DNA of 64,000 nucleotides from Alphaproteobacteria bacterium (GTDB lineage Bacteria; Pseudomonadota; Alphaproteobacteria; RF32; CAG-239): NCBI GenBank assembly GCA_900767645.1, contig CAAFZY010000005.1, positions 28,986 to 92,985 of the forward strand, read 5' to 3'. Shown piece by piece: positions 57,454 to 64,000 of this stretch (position 1 is its first letter; each line of letters starts with the position of its first letter). The notes under the pieces were generated by a model. It saw only the letters and a program-made list of their open reading frames with translations, ran no database searches and was not told where the DNA came from. The position numbers and the translations under genes were made by a program.

Positions 57454-58551
57454 ATGAAAAAAACTTTGATTGTCGGCGCGGCTTTGTTAATCAGCGCTTG
57501 CGCTTCAGAAACTTTGTTTCCTTCCAATAACCAAATCGTCAGCACTCCGGCGTCAGAAAAAATGCAGCTTGACGCTAATACCGGCACGGTTGTCGGTCGT
57601 AAAGTTGCAGAATTTAAAAATGAATTGAACCAGATTCGCGCTCAGCTGAATAAAGAATCTGAAACTTTGGTTAAATTGCGCGCTGATGTTACCGCTAATA
57701 TTACTAAATATAATGAAATTATGGCGGCAATGGAAACTAAATTGCAGCTCGGTACCACTCCGGCTAACCCGAAAATGGTTGCTTTGTATAACAATGCGCA
57801 AAATGTTTTGCAAGAAAATGAAACCGCGGTGGAGGGCTTAAATACCCTTTCTGCCGACACTGCCGCTTTAGGTACGCAACTTGCCGCTCTTATCAGCAGT
57901 GTGCGTGAAACATACACTGTTCCGGGAGCATTAGACGAAGATCACGCTAATTTGCGAGTTTTGGAAAACGGCGCCGAACAAACTGCAGTTGCCGTTAAAA
58001 ACATGATGGCGGAAGCGATGATTGATTCAGCGCAGCAAAAATCTGCCGTTCAAAATGCTCGCGCCCGTTTGCTTGGTATGAACAATGCTATTGCGCATGG
58101 CTCTTTCAGACCTGATAATGCGCTGATTTTGGTGCAACCGCAAGCAATTCAGCCGCAGCCGCGTCCGCAAACCATGAAACAACCGTTGCCGAAAATTAAT
58201 GCGCCGGTTAAAGCTTCTGTTAAATCTAAAGCGCCGCAAAAGGTTGCCGCTCCGGTTAAAGCCGTTAAAAACGCCCCGTTGTTTAAGATTGAATTTAACG
58301 CGGAAGATGTGCGCTATAAAAACGATTTAGAATCGGCAATAAATAAAGCTCTTGCTGCCAATGCGCAGGCAAAGTTTAAGGTTGAAGCGGTAAATCCGTT
58401 GGAAACTGCCGCTACGGCCGATTCAAAAAAATATGCGGCCGAAGTTTTTGCCGAAATGATTAATTTGGGTGTTGCTCCTGAAGATATTACCATTGTTTCA
58501 AGAGCCGGTTCTGATGTTAAAACCCCGTTGGTTAATGTTTACGCAAAATAA
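57454..58551 (+). CDS. lipoprotein with coiled-coil and Pro-rich regions, hypothetical
   Basis: Lipobox LISAC, then a QPQAIQPQPRPQ linker. It is followed by a bidirectional terminator at 58570-58608. Confidence 0.45.
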   Translation: MKKTLIVGAALLISACASETLFPSNNQIVSTPASEKMQLDANTGTVVGRKVAEFKNELNQIRAQLNKESETLVKLRADVTANITKYNEIMAAMETKLQLGTTPANPKMVALYNNAQNVLQENETAVEGLNTLSADTAALGTQLAALISSVRETYTVPGALDEDHANLRVLENGAEQTAVAVKNMMAEAMIDSAQQKSAVQNARARLLGMNNAIAHGSFRPDNALILVQPQAIQPQPRPQTMKQPLPKINAPVKASVKSKAPQKVAAPVKAVKNAPLFKIEFNAEDVRYKNDLESAINKALAANAQAKFKVEAVNPLETAATADSKKYAAEVFAEMINLGVAPEDITIVSRAGSDVKTPLVNVYAK

Positions 58552-58618
58552 AACATTCTAAAGCAACAAAAAAGGTTTCAGTTTAAGACTGAAACCTTTT
58601 TTGTTGCCTGAATACGGA

Positions 58619-61084
58619 TTAATCGACAGGTTTGATATGCCAAATTTTATCAGCGTATTCCATAACGGCGCGGTCGCTTGAAAAGTAACCGATGCGGGCG
58701 ACGTTCAAAATGGCCTTTTTGTACCATTCGTCTTTTCCGCGGTAGTCGGTTTCGGCTTTATGTATAGTTTGGTTAAAGTCTTCCAAGTCAGCTAAAATAA
58801 AGTAATAATCGCGATTGACCAATTCTTCAAAAACAGGCTTGAACAGCAAAGCATGATCCTTTTCGCAGAACATGCTGGAGTTAAGCGAATTTAAAATACG
58901 TTTGATGTAATCGGACTTTTCATAAATTTCACGCGGTTTGTATGTTGAACGCATGGCTTTAATCTGTTCGTCTTTTAAGCCGAATAAATAAAAGTTATCG
59001 GCGCCGACTGCCTCGCGAATTTCAATATTGGCGCCGTCATAAGTTCCGACGGTTAATGCACCGTTTAAGGCAAATTTCATATTACTGGTACCGGAAGCTT
59101 CAAATCCGGCGGTTGAAACCTGCAGGCTTACATCTGCGGCCGGAATCAGGTGTTCGGCCAATGAAACTTTATAATCCGGCAAGAAAACAACTTTAATGGC
59201 GTTGTTGACCCGCGGATCGTTATTTACAACATCTGCCACATTGTTGATTAATTTAATTATGAGTTTGGCAAAAGTATAAGACGGCGCGGCTTTGCCGGCA
59301 AAAATATAGGTTTTGTTGTGTATCGGGCGGACATTGTCTTTAACAATAGCCAAATAATCGCCGATAACCTGCAAAATGGTCATTAATTGACGCTTGTATT
59401 CATGAATACGTTTGGCGTGAACAATGTACATACTGTTGGCATTAACCATAATCCCCGCATTTTTGAAAATTTGGAAAGCCAAATGCTCTTTGTTGGTGCG
59501 TTTGTTTTCAGCAAATTTTTTGAGAAATTCTTCATCATTAATAAATTGCTCAAGCTTTTTAAGCTCATCTAATTTAGTAATCCACCCTTTGCCGATTTTG
59601 TCGGTAATCAGGTCGGCAAGCGGGGTGTTGGCATGTAAAAGCCAACGGCGCGGCGTAATGCCGTTGGTAACGTTAATGAATTTTTCAGGCCACAGCTCGT
59701 AAAATTCAGGCACGAGCGAAGTTTTAATCAGTTCAGAGTGCAGTTTTGCAACGCCGTTGACGGAAAATGAACCGACAATCGAAAGGTTGGCCATGCGAAT
59801 AATTTGATTGCTGCCGTCGCCGGAAACAATGGAAACTTTTGCCAACTTGGGCGAGTTGTCGCCAAATTTGGAGCGGGCAAATTCCATAAAGCGCTTGTTT
59901 ATTTCATAAATAATCTGCAAATGACGCGGCAACATTTTACCTAAAATACGAACCGGCCAAGTTTCGAGAGCTTCCGGCAGTAAGGTGTGGTTGGTATAGG
60001 CAAAAATCTTGGTGGTGATTGCCCATGCGTCGTCCCATTCTTGTCCATATTGGTCAATAAGCAGGCGCATCATTTCGGCAATTGCCAAAGCAGGATGGGT
60101 GTCATTTAACTGAATGCAAACGTATTCCGGCATTTTATAAAAGTCGTTGCTCTTTTCCAAAAAGCGGCGGATAATATCTTGAATTGCGCATGAAACAAAG
60201 AAATATTGCTGAGTGAGGCGCAGTTCTTTGCCGGATTCAACCGCGTCAGACGGGTATAAAACTTTTGAAATGGTTTCGGTTTTGATTTTATCTTTAACCG
60301 CTTCCATATAACCGCCTTCATTGAAAACGTTAATATCAAGCTCTTCATCGGTTTTAGCGGAGAATAAACGCAAATAGTTTACCGACTTGCCGTCATAGCC
60401 GACAATCGGAAAATCATACGGAACGCCGTATAGGGTTTGAGTGTTTACCCATGTAAAATACGGCTTGCCGTCGGCGCCCATGTAACTTTCAACATTACCG
60501 TAAATCGGAATGCTTACTTTACGGTCTTGGCGGGCAAACTGCCATGGCGAATTTTCGCCGAGCCAACTGTCGGCTTGTTCAATCTGCCAGCCGTTTTCAA
60601 ATTTTTGCTTAAACAAACCGAATTGATAGTTAATGCCATAACCGAATCCGGCTAAACCCAATGAGGCCATGGAATCAAGATAGCAGGCCGCCAAACGTCC
60701 TAAGCCGCCGTTGCCTAATGCGGGGTCGTATTCGGCGTCAAAAATTTCTTCCATAGAAATATTGGGAAACCCGTCAATATGAATTTCTTTGAGTAAATTA
60801 AACAGTTCAAGGTTGTGTAAGTTGTTTTCAAGCGAGCGGCCGATAAGGTATTCAATAGAAAGGTAATAAACCCGTTTGGAGCCGGCATCATTATAGCGAT
60901 GAATGGTTTGATACATGCGGTCCATGGCAAATTCGCGCACTGCCAAAGCAATAGCCTCAAAGGCTTCTTCTTTGGTAAGTTCGCAAGTGCGTTTACCGAT
61001 AAAATATTTAATATAGTGCTCAATTGAAAGCTTTAAGCGGGCTTTGTCAATTTCATTTACGGCTTTTGATTCGTCTTTTTTCAA
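58619..61084 (-). CDS. glgP: glycogen/alpha-glucan phosphorylase
   Basis: 821 aa with the pyridoxal-phosphate site EASGTSNMKFALNGALTVGTYDGANIE. Confidence 0.85.
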   Translation of the reverse strand: MKKDESKAVNEIDKARLKLSIEHYIKYFIGKRTCELTKEEAFEAIALAVREFAMDRMYQTIHRYNDAGSKRVYYLSIEYLIGRSLENNLHNLELFNLLKEIHIDGFPNISMEEIFDAEYDPALGNGGLGRLAACYLDSMASLGLAGFGYGINYQFGLFKQKFENGWQIEQADSWLGENSPWQFARQDRKVSIPIYGNVESYMGADGKPYFTWVNTQTLYGVPYDFPIVGYDGKSVNYLRLFSAKTDEELDINVFNEGGYMEAVKDKIKTETISKVLYPSDAVESGKELRLTQQYFFVSCAIQDIIRRFLEKSNDFYKMPEYVCIQLNDTHPALAIAEMMRLLIDQYGQEWDDAWAITTKIFAYTNHTLLPEALETWPVRILGKMLPRHLQIIYEINKRFMEFARSKFGDNSPKLAKVSIVSGDGSNQIIRMANLSIVGSFSVNGVAKLHSELIKTSLVPEFYELWPEKFINVTNGITPRRWLLHANTPLADLITDKIGKGWITKLDELKKLEQFINDEEFLKKFAENKRTNKEHLAFQIFKNAGIMVNANSMYIVHAKRIHEYKRQLMTILQVIGDYLAIVKDNVRPIHNKTYIFAGKAAPSYTFAKLIIKLINNVADVVNNDPRVNNAIKVVFLPDYKVSLAEHLIPAADVSLQVSTAGFEASGTSNMKFALNGALTVGTYDGANIEIREAVGADNFYLFGLKDEQIKAMRSTYKPREIYEKSDYIKRILNSLNSSMFCEKDHALLFKPVFEELVNRDYYFILADLEDFNQTIHKAETDYRGKDEWYKKAILNVARIGYFSSDRAVMEYADKIWHIKPVD

Positions 61085-61268
61085 AATATTTCCCCTTGAT
61101 TTTAAAATACTCTTTTATACCGAACTATATAAAAAATTGTTTGAAATTTACTTAACAATATAAGAATATCTAAGATATTTGCAAAGTTTTTTATGCGAAA
61201 ACAGTTGCATTTTTTTTGAAAATGGACAATAATCGGTGCGATTAACGTAAAAAAAACAGGGATTTAAA

Positions 61269-62621
61269 ATGAAAAAAACTTTTTTGTTGACATTACTTGG
61301 TGCAACCGCGTTGGCGGTAAATGCTGAGGCTGCTACTATTTTTGAAGCAATGGGCAGTGCTTATACCAATAACCCTACATTACAGGCTCAACGCGCGTAT
61401 GTTCGGGCGATTGACGAGAATGTGGCGATTGCCAAATCAGGCTATCGGCCTACTTTAGCGGTTGTAGGTTCTTATTCGGATTCACACGTCCATAATGATG
61501 TTGTTGAAGTTCAGGACGGATATGACGAATCGGTTGCCGCTGTCGTTAATCAGCCTATTTTTAACGGATTTGCAACCCGTAACAGCGTAAAGGCCGCTGG
61601 CGCCTCAGTTAAAGCCGAGCAAAGCAATTTGTATAATGTTGAACAACAGGTTTTGTTGAGCGCTTCAACCGCGTATTTGAATGTTTTACGTGACGAATCA
61701 ATCGTTAAATTGCAAAAAAATAATGAAAAACTTTTGAAAAAGCGTATGGAAGAAACCAAAGAACGCTTTAATGTGGGCGAAGTTACCCGCACCGATGTTT
61801 CGCAATCGGAAGCTCGTTATTCGCAAGCTCGTTCTGACCGGATTGCCGCCGAAGGCAGTTTGGCAGCCTCAAAAGCGATTTATGTTCAAGTTATCGGACA
61901 TGAGCCGGAAGGTTTGGAAGAACCTGTCGGAATTGCCGATATGTTTCCGAAGTCAATAGAAGACGCAATTAATTATGCCAGAGGCAACAACTATGCCTTA
62001 AAGGCCGCCAAAGAAGCCTTAAATGCGCAGAGCTATACGGTTGCCGCAAACACCGGCGCTTTGCTCCCGCAAGTAAATTTTGAGGCTACCGCCGCCCGTG
62101 GACAAACACAATCATACACTACCAAAGACCCTGAAACCAATAGTTTTAAGTGGGGTGTTAATATGACGGTTCCTTTATATGACGCCGGTGAAAACCGCGC
62201 TAAAATCCGTCAGAGCAAGTATAAAAAATGGCAGGCGCAAGAAGCGGTTATGGAAGCTGAACGCAGTATGATTTCATCGGTCAGCAGCAATTGGGAATAC
62301 ATGATTGCTAACCAAGCCAAAATTGCCTCGGTTAAAGACCAAATCAGAGCTTACGCAATTGCTCTTGACGGCGTGCAACAAGAAGAAGCTTTGGGTAACC
62401 GCACGGTTTTGGATGTGTTGGACGCTTATCAATCGCTTTTAAACTCTAACGTTGAAGAAGTTCAGGCTCGCCGCGATTATTACGTTTCAGGCATGCAATT
62501 GTTGCTTTCAATGGGGCGTTTAACCGCTAAAGACCTTAATTTGTCGGTCGATTTATATAATGCCGAAAAACATTCGGAAAAAACCGCCGGCAGATGGCTT
62601 TCATTATCGGTTGATAAATAA
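61269..62621 (+). CDS. tolC: TolC-family outer-membrane efflux protein
   Basis: Has a signal peptide and two repeated TolC halves (TIFEAMGSAYTNNPTLQAQ...). Confidence 0.8.
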   Translation: MKKTFLLTLLGATALAVNAEAATIFEAMGSAYTNNPTLQAQRAYVRAIDENVAIAKSGYRPTLAVVGSYSDSHVHNDVVEVQDGYDESVAAVVNQPIFNGFATRNSVKAAGASVKAEQSNLYNVEQQVLLSASTAYLNVLRDESIVKLQKNNEKLLKKRMEETKERFNVGEVTRTDVSQSEARYSQARSDRIAAEGSLAASKAIYVQVIGHEPEGLEEPVGIADMFPKSIEDAINYARGNNYALKAAKEALNAQSYTVAANTGALLPQVNFEATAARGQTQSYTTKDPETNSFKWGVNMTVPLYDAGENRAKIRQSKYKKWQAQEAVMEAERSMISSVSSNWEYMIANQAKIASVKDQIRAYAIALDGVQQEEALGNRTVLDVLDAYQSLLNSNVEEVQARRDYYVSGMQLLLSMGRLTAKDLNLSVDLYNAEKHSEKTAGRWLSLSVDK

Positions 62622-62667
62622 AAATTTTCTGTTATGATGCAGGTATAAATTTTTTATAAGGAAGCAA

Positions 62668-62979
62668 ATGGCAGAAGAAGACGAAATGTCAATGGATGAA
62701 ATTCTGGCTTCAATCCGGAATATTCTGTGGGAAAAGGAGGTGAATAAAAGCGCCTCCCGTTCCTGTATTCGTGACTATGCCAAAGATGCGGAAGGCGATG
62801 TTTTTATTTTAACCAAAGATATGCTTGCCAAAACTTTAGAACTTCCGTATGAGTATTCGAAATGGAACTTTAATGATGTCGCCGCTAAAATTTTGCATAA
62901 GTATGCCAAAGTTTTTGACGGTGATGCTGAATTGTCCTCAAAGCGTTTGGAACGAGTGGGGGAAAAGGCGGGGTCTTAA
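62668..62979 (+). CDS. hypothetical protein with a PopZ/DUF2497-like N-terminus
   Basis: MSMDEILASIRNIL resembles the MEEILASIRRII motif. It sits between tolC and valS, as DUF2497 does in alphaproteobacteria. Confidence 0.4.
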   Translation: MAEEDEMSMDEILASIRNILWEKEVNKSASRSCIRDYAKDAEGDVFILTKDMLAKTLELPYEYSKWNFNDVAAKILHKYAKVFDGDAELSSKRLERVGEKAGS

Positions 62980-63084
62980 AGCCGGTAAGTCTGAACCTGC
63001 CTGCAAATTTTTTCTGCCCTTGAAACCTGTTGATTTTGAGGGTTTTTGTTTGAATATAAGTGAAATTAAAACTGGAATTTAAAA

Positions 63085-64000
63085 AATGTTGGAAAAAAAC
63101 TATAACCCGAAAGATTTTGAAGAAAAAATTTATAAAGATTGGGAAGAATCAGGCGATTTTAAGCCTGATATGCGCTCAGACAAAGACGCCTTCTCAATAG
63201 TTATTCCTCCGCCGAACGTTACCGGAGTTTTGCACCTCGGACATGCTTTGGACGATACTTTGCAAGATATTTTAATCAGATACAACCGTATGCTCGGTAA
63301 AAAAGTTTTATGGCAACCGGGGACCGATCATGCCGGTATTGCAACTCAAATGGTGGTTGAAAAAAATTTGGCGAAAGAAGGAATTTCTCGCCACGATTTA
63401 GGACGTGAAAAATTTATTGAAACGGTTTGGAAATGGCGTGAAAAATCAGGCGGAACCATTTGTCGGCAGTTGCGCCGTCTTGGCGCTTCATGCGATTGGA
63501 GCCGTGAGCGCTTTACCATGGATGAGGGCTTGTCGCGCGCTGTTCGTAAAATTTTTGTATCTCTTTATAAAGACGGCCTGATTTTTAAGGCTAAAAAACT
63601 GGTAAACTGGGATCCGAAATTAGCAACCGCCGTTTCGGATTTGGAGGTTATTCAAAAAGAAACCGTCGGCAAAATGTATTACTATAAATATCCGATTGAA
63701 GGCGAGGAAGGCGAATATATCCATATTGCCACCACTCGTCCGGAAACCATGTTTGGCGATACCGCCGTTGCCGTTTCTAAAAATAATGAAAAATTAAAGC
63801 ACTTAATCGGCAAAAATTGCGTATTGCCGATTGCGGGCAGAGTTATTCCGATTGTAGCCGATGAACACGCCGACCCCGAAAAAGGAACCGGCGCGGTTAA
63901 AATTACGCCGGCGCATGATTTTAACGACTTTGAGGTTGGCAAGCGTCATAATTTGCCGATGATTAACATTCTAAATGAAGACGCAACCTTAAATGAAAAC
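63085..64000 (+). CDS. valS: valyl-tRNA synthetase, 5' partial (continues beyond the window); not in the ORF track because no stop falls within the window
   Basis: Translated by eye as [25 protein letters not shown]...[48 protein letters not shown] (HIGH motif). An in-frame stop sits 6 nt upstream. Confidence 0.85.

Overview
This window is about 64 kb from a low-GC, apparently alphaproteobacterial chromosome. That assignment rests on a CtrA-type response regulator, an ATP12-like chaperone and a PopZ/DUF2497-like N-terminus. Secreted ankyrin and pentapeptide-repeat proteins and a giant autotransporter suggest a host-associated lifestyle. Most genes are housekeeping: asmA, rluC, rarA, ampG, hslO, recX, ruvC, yebC, aspS, rnd, fbaA, a fadL-family porin, mpl-ldcA, an mscK-like channel, a phosphoethanolamine transferase, rpsI-rplM, an H+-pyrophosphatase, groES-groEL, glgP, tolC and the 5' part of valS. 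The main accessory feature is a complete type II-C CRISPR-Cas locus at 28.9-34.7 kb with an unusual gene order, cas1 - tracrRNA (antisense) - cas9 - cas2 - array. The array has 13 copies of a 36-bp repeat separated by 12 spacers of about 30 bp. Each repeat, read on the minus strand, carries a near-consensus sigma70 promoter, which suggests Neisseria-like, processing-independent crRNA transcription toward cas2. A minus-strand terminator sits in the leader. A tracrRNA with a 24-nt anti-repeat, a nexus-like hairpin and an intrinsic terminator is predicted on the minus strand between cas1 and cas9. The locus abuts a tRNA-Ser gene surrounded by duplicated tRNA 3'-end fragments and pieces of a ~185-bp repeat element. 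That element also occurs intact downstream of a tRNA-Arg gene. Other notable features are three dispersed paralogous type IV pilin-like genes with near-identical N-termini, one with a long structured 5' leader. There is also a chimeric autotransporter of about 1400 aa with an ankyrin repeat and tandem Cys-rich modules, an Asd-family pseudoenzyme, and a half DEAD-box protein. Three tRNAs were found: Ser-GGA, Glu-CUC and Arg-ACG. All calls come from reading the sequence and from motif memory; no searches were run.
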